Positions 16,219-31,880 of a stretch of 64,000 nt of DNA are shown here, piece by piece. The translations under genes and the position numbers were made by a program. The first letter of the stretch is position 1, and each line of letters begins with the position of its first letter. A model generated the notes under the pieces. That model ran no database searches. It was not told where the DNA came from and was given only the letters and a program-made list of their open reading frames with translations. This DNA is from the human T2T-CHM13v2.0 reference genome, Homo sapiens, in the NCBI RefSeq assembly GCF_009914755.1, contig NC_060926.1; one strand, written 5' to 3'.

Positions 16219-16704
16219 GTACATAAGTATATTCCGACATGTTATTTTGAGCTCCACAGAAACAAAACAAGATTTGCCACCTGGTGACAGACCATCCTGT
16301 TGTTCCCAAGGAGAAAGGTGAGGTCATGATGTGGATTATGTAAGGTCACGAGGCTCCCTCCTAGATATTCTGACCCCTGCAGAATTCTTTATGTGATTGT
16401 CCTGCCTTTTATCCATAGGTCAGAAGACACACTCCATCTCTGCTTAAGTGAGGCAGAATAAAATAAAATCTTATTCAGAGTATTTCCAAGTCTAAATTGT
16501 GGGGCACAAAAAAGTCTATTATTTTGCCAGCAGCACCTACAAGGTCTTTTGTCTACAAATGTAAATCAATCAGTGTTTTAGTCAGCTTGGGCTGCTATGA
16601 GAAAATACCATAGACTGGATGTCTTAAACAACAGATTTATTTTCTCACAGGTCTGGAGGCCAGAAGTTCGAGATCAACGTGCCAGCAGGGCCGGTTTCTG
16701 GTGA

Positions 16705-17107
<403 letters not shown>

Positions 17108-17209
17108 TGGGGTCTCTTTTTATAAGGACACTAATTCTATCAGATCAGAGCCTGACTCTTGTGACCTCATTTAACCTTAATTACCTCCTTAAGACCCTAT
17201 CTCCAGATA

Positions 17210-17568
17210 CAGAAGGTCTCCAACTTACAATGGTTTGACTTATGATTTTTTAACCTCATGTGGTGGGAAAGATCCAAATTCAATAGAGACCATACTTCGA
17301 GTGCCCATACACCCATTCTGTTTTTCACCTTCAGGACAGTATTTAATACATTGCATGAGATATTCGACACTATTATAAAATAGGCTTTGTGTTAGATGAT
17401 TCACCCAACAGTAGGATAATGAAAGTATCCTGAGCAGGTTTAAGATTGGTTAGGCTAAGCTATGACGTACAGTAGATTAGGTGTATTAAATGCACTTTTG
17501 ACTTACATTTTCAACTTACAATGGTTTTATTAGAGCGTAACCACATCTAAAAATTAGGAGCACCTGTA
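17210..17568. mobile_element. Tigger4b (MER46/Zombi-type) MITE
   Basis: TA-flanked CAG...CAACTTACAATGG / GAGCACCTG ends; AAATAGGCTTTGTGTTAGATGA, TAGGCTAAGCTATGA. Confidence 0.8.
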
Positions 17569-18581
17569 TAGTCAAATCAGGGATTAGGGCTTCAACATAT
17601 GAATTTGACAGGGGGTGGGGGAAGGACACAATTTAGTTCACAACAGTTAGCAACATTGATAACTATTTTAATAAAATAATAACGGCTACTATCTAAGTGT
17701 CAGGCAATGTGCAGCATGCTTTATGCATATTACTTAGAGTCCTCAAATGAACTCCACGAAGTGGACATTATTATCACCAGAGTGATTGAAACTAGAAACA
17801 TTTAACAAGTGGTATGTTTGAGCACTGACTAGTCAGATTGAACACCAGCTATAAACAAGCACGGTGGCTGTTGTTCCAGTGCATGCTGGCCAAAGATGAG
17901 CCCCCAAATGATCACGTTTTTCAGGTAAAGAAGGAGAGGATTGGAGAGGAGAAGGGAACTGGACAAGCCCACGCAGCTGGCATATGGTGGAGCAGGGACA
18001 CGTCTGTCTTACTCAACATTATTTTGCCTCTCTTCTACCTTGCCAGGAGTTATCTGCTGGAGATCCCCATATTTCTCTACTTTGGTGAGTCTTTGAGTGT
18101 TTTCCATCATATTCACAACTCAATGACTGTGCCTGCCACGACAGAGGCTGGTTTGGGATCAAGTCAGTTTGGCCACTGTCTCCTCTCTGAACAGACTCAG
18201 ACTGCGGTAGCAGGGGATCGTCTTTGCTGTCCATGCTGGCTCACGTTTGACACTATTGCAATGTTTCTGCATCTGGGTCTTTGCATTGGACCAAGCTGTC
18301 TTTTTCCAGAAGACATATCTGGGTCTTTGGGGTCATTTGCCTTCTTCCCTGAATTTGACCTCTACTGTCAATCTAGATTTGGGTTCATGCTGACTCACCA
18401 TACCCATTACATGCTGCCTTTGTTCCCTAGCCTGACCTGATCTTGGGCCTCAGGCTACAGCCTGCTTTTCCATTACAAAGTACCCAAACACCAAACACAA
18501 TGCTGTCTGAGTGCCCCCTTTCCCTGCCAAATTCTTTTTTTGTGCTATTTGGACCTCAGCTGCTGACACTTTCCTCCATAA

Positions 18582-18992
<411 letters not shown>

Positions 18993-19894
18993 TAGTATAT
19001 CTGTGGGACATTCTGTAAACCTGTCAGTCAGTGATACCTACAAGCAACCAGAATTAGGCCATTTTCAAGGCACCTTCATTAAAGATTAAAAGGCAACCTT
19101 GCCTGTCCCAAATTTTACCACACTTCCCCCCAAATGTCACCTTGTCCAGAGGGAAAGGGAAATACGTGATTGGAAAATCTGCTATCATATGCAAACTTTA
19201 CCTGGACATGCCCCACTTCTTCAAATAAAGTTCCACTGTGCAAACTATTCTACGGCCCTATATCCTGCTGTACTCATTGTTACTAGAATAAATATTTGCA
19301 GTATAAGCAGAACTTTGTTCTGAGGATAAATCCACAGGATACTTAGCACTCTGACAAATGAAAAGCCAGTTTTTAGCTGCCCTTTGTTTGATACAAACTG
19401 GATGTTGTGTTTTCTTTTCTGGGTTATGTATAACGTACAAATTCTAGGCAATCTTTGACAAGAACTTATAATAACAAACTGCCTTTTGACAATGACTCTA
19501 GAGAGCCTTCCTGTCTCCAGAAAATATCCCTCTGTGGCTCCAAAGGTCTCAGTCTCAGGGTGATGTCCTGGCTACTTTTCTTTTGCACCATAAATGAAAT
19601 GACAGTGAAGACATCAACCTCGCCATGTTGGAAAACTGCCTAAGATGTTTCTTGGAACTGTGGCCAGTCCCAGGAACAGAAAGGCATGATGTTCACAGCT
19701 AAAACTTCCTCACAGCGGCCTGCTGTACCTCCTCATGCCTGAGAATTGCTCTGAGGAAGGACTCATTTACCACATTTGCACTGCAGAAGTCAACACCCAG
19801 CGATCAAAGGACATCCTGGAAAAGTCAGTATAGATCCTGAACCAAAAACCTCAGAAGTGATTCCAGGCTGCTGCCCAAGAGCTGACATGCATAC

Positions 19895-20025
19895 ATTTGT
19901 TCATCACTCAACAAATATTTATTGAGTGCTATCTCTGTTGTAAACACTGTACTGGATGTGAATGTCCAGCTGCAGAAGAAACAGACCCAAGCCTCCGGGA
20001 GCTGACTGTTCCCAGGAGGGGGCCC
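19895..20025 (-). mobile_element. L2 3' end remnant
   Basis: CAACAAATATTTATTGAGTGCTA...ACAGACCCAAGCCTCCGGGAGCTGAC. Confidence 0.65.
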
Positions 20026-20744
20026 TTGGCTCTTTGCAGTGAGTTGTCATCCTGGGCACTGACAGGCAGTGGTGTGAGCCTGCTGAGCCAGAGAGACGAT
20101 GAGCTGCTCCCACAATACCCAATAATCAGGCCCCAGGGTGCCTCCTCTGCTGTACCTAAAACACTTCAGATGAACTGCAGCTTTTCAAATCTGCTCTTCA
20201 TGTGTCAAAGAAATTTTGGAATTTTTTTCCTACAGTAAAAGATGAAAAACAGGAGCCCGACAAGCAGAACCTATACCTAATGTTAAGGGGAAGACCGCCT
20301 AGGTTCCACACTTGAGAAATTATTTTTGAGAATGTTTAATCTTGTTAGAACGGATTTCTGTGACTGCTGCCAGGGTCTCTGAACCCTCAGCAAATAAATG
20401 CAGATGACATTTATTTGCTGAAGATAATGCTACCATAATAAATGTAAAAGGGTCACTATCTTTCCCCTAAACTTCCTCCTCCCCCAAAATAATCTTTCCT
20501 GCAGCTTATCTTCTTTGACTCTAGGGGGCATAGCCATTAAGTCTTTATTCCTTTTGAACTTGATGCCGTCTGCCTTTGGCAAAGAATTGCCCTATTATTG
20601 TTTCTGAAAGAAAGTATTTGAAAAATTTAAAAGCCAGTTCTTGGCCTTGTATTTTTTTTTTTTTTTTTTTTAGGAAAAGCTCTAGCCATTCAATGACCAA
20701 CTTTCTGCCTATTACTATATCAGTCATTTACTTGCTTTAAAGTA

Positions 20745-21118
20745 AATCATGTGTCAAATCATGATGTTTTGCTCAAAGATGAACTGCATCTATATACAAT
20801 GTGGTCCCGTAAGATTATAATGGAGCTGCCCTAAATAGATGTTCCATTTAAAAAAATTTTATATTGTATTTTTACTGTACCTTTTCTATGTTTAGATACA
20901 CAAATGCTTACCATTGTGTTTTAATCGCCCATGGTATTCAGTCCAGTCACATGTTATATAGGATTTATAGAACAACAGGCTGTACTATACAGCCTAAGTG
21001 TGTAGTAGGCTATACTATCTAGGTTTGTATGAGTACATCTATGACATTCAAATAACAACGAAATTGCCTAATGACACATTTCTCAGAATGTATCCTCATT
21101 AGGTGACACATGACCGTA
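20745..21118 (-). mobile_element. Tigger3a/MER47-type MITE
   Basis: GTGGTCCCGTAAGATTATAATGGAGCTG, GTGTGTAGTAGGCTATACTATCTAGGTTTGT, ATTTCTCAGAATGTATCC. Confidence 0.85.
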
Positions 21119-21207
21119 ATGATGATTCTTAAAAGACAGGGGAAGAGGATGATTAATGACTTATTTTAACTCCAGTGACTAAAACACAATCAACTTCCTA
21201 TTTCTGA

Positions 21208-21582
<375 letters not shown>

Positions 21583-22940
21583 TAAAGAATGCAGTGGATT
21601 GGTATTCTAAAATCCAAGTTTATATACTGCCCAGAAAATACCCTTTAGTTGATGCACTGAGAGATGACCCAACTGTGTTGACAGGTGATCCAGTCTTTTA
21701 GCTACCTCTGCTTACTTTTCCTGGGTTATGGGGAGCCTTGAGATAAGTATGAGGCTGTAAAGGTGTAGGTGTGGCCCAGGTGTCTGCAGCTCTGAAGGTG
21801 GAGGTGCAGCCCAGGTGTAGCTCTTTGAACCAGCATTCCCCTTAACATGACAGGTCAGCTCCTTTCAGAACTGACCCACCACTTGATTGGAGAATACTTC
21901 AGCAGGAAGCCACTTGGTTGTACAGTGGGAATCTCTTAGAGATGCACAATTGTTTCTGGACTCAATCCCAATCCCAGGAACCTCAGCGTGAGGTGAGATT
22001 TGGGTGTCAGGCAGGATGGGCCCCATGGCCTAACGAAACCTACTGACATTCATTCTAGGTTCACATTCAATTGTAGCCAGTACCTTAAAGGGAGCAATTT
22101 TACCAAGTTCTAGGCATGGACACTGTGCACATTGACAACATATCTTTGAGTTTAGTTCCCTCCTGATCTTGTTGGCAAATTGCTGTTCATAGACAAATTC
22201 TTTTCTGCCATATACTTCAGGATTTCCCATTTCCAAATTCAGATAACATTCTGCTATAACGAAGTTATTTTAGGATTAATTTATTAAGATGTTCCTTTGT
22301 TTCATTGCCTGATGTTGCAAATGTAATTTTGGAGATCATATCACTATACCAAAGAGATTGCGTTCTTAACACAAAGAGGACATTTCTTATAGGTCTTATA
22401 GGTTGTTACCTGCAAGCAATTTTGTAATTACTTTCTGAAGGTTTTTATTGTGTTGACTAAGAGAAATCAGTTGTTTTCATTGCTTAAGGAAGGATTAAGG
22501 AGTTTGTTTAAGGAGAAACACGAAATAGTTTCCCAACTGGCACATCTGTTAAGGGTACAGGTAAGCTGGCTTGGAAGCGTCCAGTCTGGAAATTCGCCTC
22601 TGCACTGTTTTCATGGTGAGAGTTGTGGATAGGAAGGGGAGGTGATGGAAAAGGAGTAGAGGGGTAAAGTGCAACTCTACACACAGGCAGTCAACTCCAG
22701 CAGGACAGGAATGTCTTCATGATTCTGCTGCTTAACTCACACACTCAGCTGATCATGAGGCGTGACTGTTCTCTTCCTGAAAGAAGGCAAGACATACAGA
22801 CAAACGTTCATTGTATCCTTGCTCTGTGGAAGATGTGTGCTACATAAACTCTTCAGGGGAAGACAAGGGACTATAAGAAACAGTCTTAAAGCCATCGATT
22901 TAGCAGGAGTGATGTTAAACACCATTAAAGACATTAGTAC

Positions 22941-23203
<263 letters not shown>

Positions 23204-23575
23204 TCAAAACTGCTCCTTGGGCTTCCTACGTGCACTCAAATGAATGGGAATTAAGTGGCTAGTCAGTTCCAAAGTACTGAGGACCCCCCTCTCCCCAATG
23301 CAGAGCTTCTTCCACAAGCAGCACTTGGCCCCTGGAAGCCCAAGCAGGGATTCCCTCACTGGCCTCCCTATCCCCCACTGGGCGCCTGGGCACATGGAGG
23401 AAGGAGATTCCAGGTCCTTGTCTCTACCAGTTTCAGAACAAGGAGTCGGATCAAAGAATCCACAATTCAGAGGGCAGGGAACACTGGAAGAATTTTGCTC
23501 ACTACTACGTCCCCAGGGCCAAGTGTTGAGTAGAAACTCAACAGAGGCTGACTGAATGAATGACTGAATGGAGCA

Positions 23576-23700
23576 TGACATAGAGTAAGAGTTTCTGTTT
23601 ATATTTTATGCACCTAATGGAGTGGATTCCTGAAAGAAGGAATTCAGAGTGGATTCCATTAGATGCATAAAATACAAACAGAAATTCTTACTCTATGTCA
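23576..23700. repeat. 46-bp-arm inverted repeat with 33-nt spacer
   Basis: 23576-23621 matches the reverse complement of 23655-23700 at 43/46 positions. Confidence 0.95.
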
Positions 23701-24068
23701 AGGAAAACATGGCATTATTGTAGGTTGAATCAAACATACATAATTAGACATACATTCTTGCTGCATTTTAAAAAATCACAGCCACTCCAAAATTAATTTT
23801 AAACATTTTTCACTTAAGCCATAAAAAGTTATTTCTTTTTAAAAATCTATTTTTTCTAGAACCCTAGATGGTTAATATAGAATAAGCACATTAATTGAGA
23901 TGACAAAATTGGGGTTACTGGTATTTAAAAATTATCTTTGCATAAAACCTATTTTGTTTTACCTAATCAAACAATTAAGTATTTCCAATGGAATGTTGAT
24001 TGTTTGGAATACAAAGTACTAAGTAAAGTGCTCAGATTTTTTTTGTTTGTTTTTATTTTAAGAATTGA

Positions 24069-24258
<190 letters not shown>

Positions 24259-24353
24259 TAAATATAGTCACCTTCTGAGGTAGCTTGGCATATGAATTTT
24301 TCAGGGGACACAGCTTGGCCCACAGCAGAGGAAACACCTAAGATTCAGTCCAG
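24259..24353 (-). repeat. Inverted duplicate of 13699-13793
   Basis: 89/95 identity by manual alignment; the 46 bp nearest the Alu are identical. Confidence 0.93.
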
Positions 24354-24538
24354 CTGCCTTCTGACTTATTGGATGTCTATATCTATCAGTTCTCTCACTC
24401 CCATTTTTAGATCTGTTTTCTAAAATAAAAGGACTTTATCATTTATTAAGACTACAGAAAAATATTATTCTAACTATAAAAAATTGCAGATAAGTGAAAT
24501 TAAAAAGTGAAAATATTCTTACTCCCCAATCACTGTTA

Positions 24539-24895
<357 letters not shown>

Positions 24896-26553
24896 CTAAG
24901 CATAATAAAAATCATACTTTTAAAAGTAACATATGTATTAGATATACTGTTTTTTGCAATGTTCTTTTTTCATTTAATATATTTCCAAGTCAACCTTGTC
25001 TGGAATAACATTTTTCCATATTTTGCATAAGTTATTTTGCAAAACTCAGATTAAGGGCATTTGGAGCAAACACAGGCAGAAAGATGTTTTGGACAAAGTA
25101 ACAAAAATGATGTAAGTGAAGAAATTAATGCTGATTTTTCCCTAATCTAAGAATTGTTCTTTTTTTTTTTTTAAGACCCTGTGGTATACTGCAGTTTGGA
25201 TTAAATAGAATGAATAAATAAAAAATGACAACAGTGACTTTGTTTTAGGAGTGGCTTAATCTTCCCTATCTACTTCCCCACCTCTCGTGGAGTTAAGCAG
25301 TGTACAAGTGACTTATATGAAGGCTGATTTTATATACAGCATATTTAGTTTTCTTGCACTTACGATGTATTTGTTATAAAGGATGTTATTACTGTTAACA
25401 ATTTGTCGTACGAAAGGATGCACTTCCTGTCAGTTCTTCACCACTAATTTAACAGGATTTTCCCTCATTTGTATTAACCATAGTTTTTCCTGAATTTTTT
25501 TTCTAACCCTAATATAATGGAGTAACTGGACAATTTACTGCCTTGTGGCCTAAGAGGAATGACATGCTTTGACATCTGAAGTTAGTATTTTTGAAGACAG
25601 ACAACCCAACAGAACCCCTAGAGAAACACACTGAAAAAAATGAAACCCCCAGACATGGTTAAAGACCAACTGTGCTGTTAACTGTGGAATTGCTCTCCCT
25701 AGCTGGTGCGTCTGAGGCAACTCCCTGTCTCCCAGCAGCTGTTAGACAACATGATGGTATGCTGTGCCAGGTTTTGATCTGTCTCCACTGTGGAGATGGA
25801 TTGCAATCCATTGAAAGAGCTGAGATTGTATTAATATTTTGAAATCCGTGAATTATAATTTTCTTTCATAAGTGTGGCATGAAGCAGAACTTGACAGCTG
25901 CTGCTTCATCTTCAAAGCACTGTCTGAAAGTGAATCTGTCCACGTGTTATTTTCCATCATTTCCCTTCCTGGTCACATCGGCCGGCAAGTGGGTGACAGT
26001 TTGTGGATGCCAGGGATCCTTGCTGCAGTGTGACAGTTCCTTGCACACAAGCTGAGGAATCAGAACAGAAGCTGAGTGACACCCTTTACAGCTCAGGGAC
26101 ACCTGCTTGGTGAAGCCAGTTCATCATTCATCCAGCATGCATCTTTTCATTTTTCTGGCAGTGACTTTTACTACCATTTTGATGAGTCCAAGTGCAAATA
26201 GGACTTCTATTAGAACAAATAGGAACTCTCTGGGCACTTTAATAAAGCTATCTGGCTGGGAAAAATGATGTATTATGTGTCTGGATAATTTAAAATGTTG
26301 TCCCATGATTGAAACATAGTGCTAAAATATGTACGTTGACTAAACCAATCATGTCAAATTAATATGGATAGCCAAGAAGTATAATAACAAATACATGGAT
26401 GCTTTGGCTGTCTACACTCTTCTTCACCAAAGTGAGCACTTTAATTAGTTTCATGGATAACCTCATCCCCATGTTTCTTTATGTATATGAAAAAATGATA
26501 CATTTTTATTTTCTAATTTTTCTACTCAAAAGATTGTACAATAACCTGACTAG

Positions 26554-26970
<417 letters not shown>

Positions 26971-26974
26971 TAGT

Positions 26975-27725
26975 TTAAACAACTTTATTGAGATATAATT
27001 CACATACCACACCATCACCATTTGAAGTGTACAATTCAGTGGCTTTTTCTAGATCTACAGAGTTGTGCATCCATCACCATGATCAATTTTATTGCATTTT
27101 TATTGCCTCCAAAAGAAGCCCTATACCTTTTAACCATCACTTTCCCCAGCCTCCCCACCCGACTCCCATTCGTTTGCCCAAGGTAACCACCAGTCTACTT
27201 CTAACTCCATAGATTTCCCTTTCTGGACATTTTATGCAACTGGAATCATACAATATGTGCTCCTTTGTAACTGGCTTCTTTCAGGTGACATAATGCTTTC
27301 AAAGTTCATTCATGTTGTCCCCTTGTTCTTTTTGATAGATGCATAGTATTTTATTATACAGAAGTACTGTAGTTTGTTTGACCAACTATTCCTTTATTAG
27401 ACACATGGGTTGTTCCCAGTCATTGCTCTTTCAAGCAACACTGCAGTGAATAACCTTGAACATATGTGTTTTCCTATGTGTGCTGGTACATATGCATAAC
27501 ACATACCCAGAACTGAGATTTTTGGAGTAGATAGTAGCTACAACTGTAATTACGTTTGATAGTGCCAAATCACTGTATTACACTTTCACCAGCCACGTAT
27601 GAGAAGCCTGTTTCCTCCAGCCTTGCCAGCATTGCATGTTGTCAAACTCCTAGGTTTTTGCTAATCTATGGGTGGAAAAAATAGAGCATCTCCATGTGGT
27701 TTTCATTTGCATATTTCTTATTATG
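26975..27725 (-). mobile_element. L1M 3' UTR fragments (L1MB/ME-like)
   Basis: AACTTTATTGAGATATAATTCACATACCA, GGAATCATACAATATGTG, GGTTTTCATTTGCATATTTC. Confidence 0.85.
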
Positions 27726-30546
27726 GTTGAGATTGATATAGATAGTTATTGACAATTCTTAGGAGTTCCTTGTTTGAACTACATTTTTTTGGCTTCATCA
27801 GAGTGGTGGTTACAGTCTGTCAGCTATGATAATTTGGTTTTCCACAGTGTTTGATTTTTAACATCTTTTTCATATTGTATTTTTGAACTGAGAGTTATAA
27901 TAAAGACATATATTTTAAGCATAAATAATTATTTGCATAACAAAAGTATCAAAATGAATATAATTTGTTTATTCCTAAGTTATTTTGCTCTTATTTTCCT
28001 AGAGTAATTTAATAAGAAATCAATTATCTTTTACTAGTTACGGTTATTTTGGTTGGCAACATAACTGTCCTTATTATGAAACTGCAATCCACATTAAATA
28101 AAAACTTCTATTTATAACCAACTGAACTACTTTATTATATGTTAGATGCCTGTCACCAGTCCCATTTGGAATTTCTCAGAAAAAAATAAGCTTTAGTATT
28201 TCCTGAAAAAAGAAAAAATACTCTTTCTCTAAATATTCTCCCTCCTTCATTAGATATTTTATCAAGTGAGTGTTCTTTTGAAACTAAGTTTTTTTTAAGG
28301 ACTAAGCGAATCTATCCATGTTTGGAATCATCTAAGCTCACTGTACTGAAATTCTGGGACTTCTGCACAAATTATTTGCATTTTTTCTTAGCAGCAAGTC
28401 ATGAGAGGTAAACATTTTTCTCTCAAAGAATACTATTAGGCATTGAGGTCTAATCTGCACACACACCTAAGAAACTCCTGGGTGTCAAAGCAGGACAGGA
28501 GACATGCTTGCATGGGTTACCCTACATCTCCTGAAAGGAACCATGTTGAAAGCAGGGCTGATGGCCAGGCCCCTTAGGACTCTGACATAAACATTCCCAA
28601 AGTAAAACCATAAACAAGCCTGCCCTAACTTGTACATGGACTGTCCTGATGCTTCCGAGAGAACCAGGCATGAGACAGAGAGCCTCAGGTAACAGGTGTC
28701 AGAATCTGGAACAGGTGAGTAATTGCAATCAGAGGAGGACAGAGGTGCTCTGGAGGGTGCCAAGGTGTTAGCCATCAAAAACTCTGAGACAGCTTCCTAG
28801 CGTCTGCAGCAGAAGTTCTTATTCCTGTAAGTCGGAATCTCTTGCATAAGCTGAATCCTCTGAGAGGCCATGCCATTTATTATTAGGCAATGGCAACCAC
28901 AGCAACAATACTAATACAGAGTGCCAACGCGTTTGACCTCAGCTCACATATTTCCCTGCTCTGTGCATGTCCACAAATGACTGAGAGAGCACAGGGAAGA
29001 CTGGTCTGGGGACTAAGTGAAATTTTAGCCAGTAGGTAAAGTTGCAAGGATAGAACCTGGTTCTAACAAGGAGTAACTGATACTGTCACCATTGAGAAAA
29101 AAAGAAAATTCCCCCTCACCTTTGAGGAACATAGCCCTGGTTGCAGAAGCCACAGAGTAAGGAAACTGATTACAAAGAAGAGCAACTCTGAGTGTTCCAG
29201 GGCTGCCACAGTGGGGCCAGCTTGAGGTCCGACACTGATTTTCTGTGGGCCTCTGGACATGTCACAACGTTTCATCAGCTTCCTCGTCAGCAAAACTGAT
29301 ATAACACTTCCTGACCTACCTTCTTCAAAGGGATGTTTTGAAACTAAAATGTAGGAACTCTGAGGAACTAAATAAATTAGATAATGAATTGCAAAATAAA
29401 TAAATAAATATGTAAATCTAAGGATCGAGGGAAGTTATTTCTGTATGGGAATAGTAGTAAAGGTAATTTTTATTTTCTTTGATTCTCTCTAAATTTTTTT
29501 CACAATGATCTCTAATACGAATTATGTTTATACTCAGAAAAAAATCTTTAAAAGCCAAAAGCACTCGTGAGAATGACCTAAATTTCTATGAAACTGCTTG
29601 GAAAAGTCAAAATGTTAAAGATTATTTCATTTTCCTGAAATAAATCAATATAAACAGAGGGTTAGTAAACTGAAATGAATTCCAACCTGCTCTGTCATGA
29701 ATGGAAAAACAAGTCTCACCTGGTTTGGATAGTTAATTTTGTTGTCAGAGCCATTTAGCTCAGGGCTACTTTTGTAACATTAAAGAAAGTCTCCTGCACT
29801 GCACAGACTCCACCTGTCCCCACCCAGCCCCCCAGAACTGCCCTTGACTTCATTTGCTCTGAAAGAAAAACAAAGGGAAGGAGGGCGAAGTTATTTTCTC
29901 TCAGCACGTAATAGAATATAAAGGGGCAGGGAGTGGGAGTCTAGGACAGTGTATGGCCCAGCTCTCCTAAAAGGAGAAGCCTGCACTAAGTTTCCCCTAG
30001 ATCTAGTAATGCAGTTTTTAAAATGTAACATTTGTATGCTGGATCCAGGAACAAAATCGACCCACTGTTTAGAAGCACACATTTGTCTCAGCACTTTTGG
30101 ACAGAGGAGGTTTGTCTGATTGGAAAGCGCACTGCCTTCCATAAACAGGCATTTACTTGCCATCAGATTCCTCCCTGTCATTTCGACTGGACACACAATT
30201 CTTTTTCATTTTCTAATCTAAACTGTCCTATGGTGTGGCTGACGGTAATTCAACAGCTGGGATGTTTTATGATAGAGATAGTTGGTACGCCATGCTAGGT
30301 AATGTGATCCTAAAATAGATTAAAGAGTGAAGCCTCCTTCAGCTCTCCTCTCTGGCTTACACATAAAACACAAACCTGGCTAATATATCTTATCAATTCC
30401 TAGACAATTAGGCCCCTTGCAAAAGTCAGCAAAAAGATCACTGTGTAAATATTTAAAACCACTTTTAGATATGCCAGAAGAAAGAACCACCTTGAAGAAT
30501 TAATAAGGAATGGTCAACATGGTTATGACTTTTGTCTGTTCTTGAT

Positions 30547-30855
30547 ATTTTTCTTTTTTTTTTTTTTTTTTTTTGAAACAGGGCCTTGCTCTGTCACCCA
30601 GGTGGAAGTGCAGTGGCATGATCATGGCTCACTGCAGCCTTGACCTCGGGCTCAAGTGATCCTCCAACCTCAGCCTCCTGAATAGCTGGGACTACAGGTG
30701 CTGCCACCATGCCCAGCTAAAATGTTTCATTTTTTGTAGAGATGGGGTTTTCACCATGCTGCCCAGGCTGATCTCAAACTCCTGGCCTCAAGTGATCCTT
30801 CTGTCTCGGTCTCCCAAAGTGTTGAAATTACAGACACGAGCCACCGCATCCAGCC
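30547..30855 (-). mobile_element. Alu (AluJ-like)
   Basis: ATCATGGCTCACTGCAGCCTTGACC J-type motif. Confidence 0.93.
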
Positions 30856-31174
30856 ATGATTTTTTTTAATAAGAAGAAATATAAAGTAATTAATGCTTTC
30901 TGAAGCATTGTTGTAACGTTAATTCTGTTTACACAAATAACATGCTGTGTAAGCTTGACTTAAAACATTAACTGTGTCCCACATAAATTTTTATAGAAAA
31001 GTCTGTCGTTTCACAATAATCCTTCAAAACATTGCTTCAAAGGAACCTAGAAATGCTAGCCCACTTCGGGAGGGAGCAGAAACCAGCAGGGGTTGAGAAT
31101 GGCCAGGGGTACAGTTTGAAGTCAGGGGAGGCAGAGAGTCTGGTGTCTGAAAGCTCATTAAAACAGAGATCCCT

Positions 31175-31539
<365 letters not shown>

Positions 31540-31574
31540 CTAACACAAATGGTGTGGGTAAAAATTTAATTTAA

Positions 31575-31880
<306 letters not shown>

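Noticed and set aside
17838-18440. 200-aa ORF
   Set aside because: It starts at a non-ATG codon, resembles no protein I recognise and has no convincing exon structure
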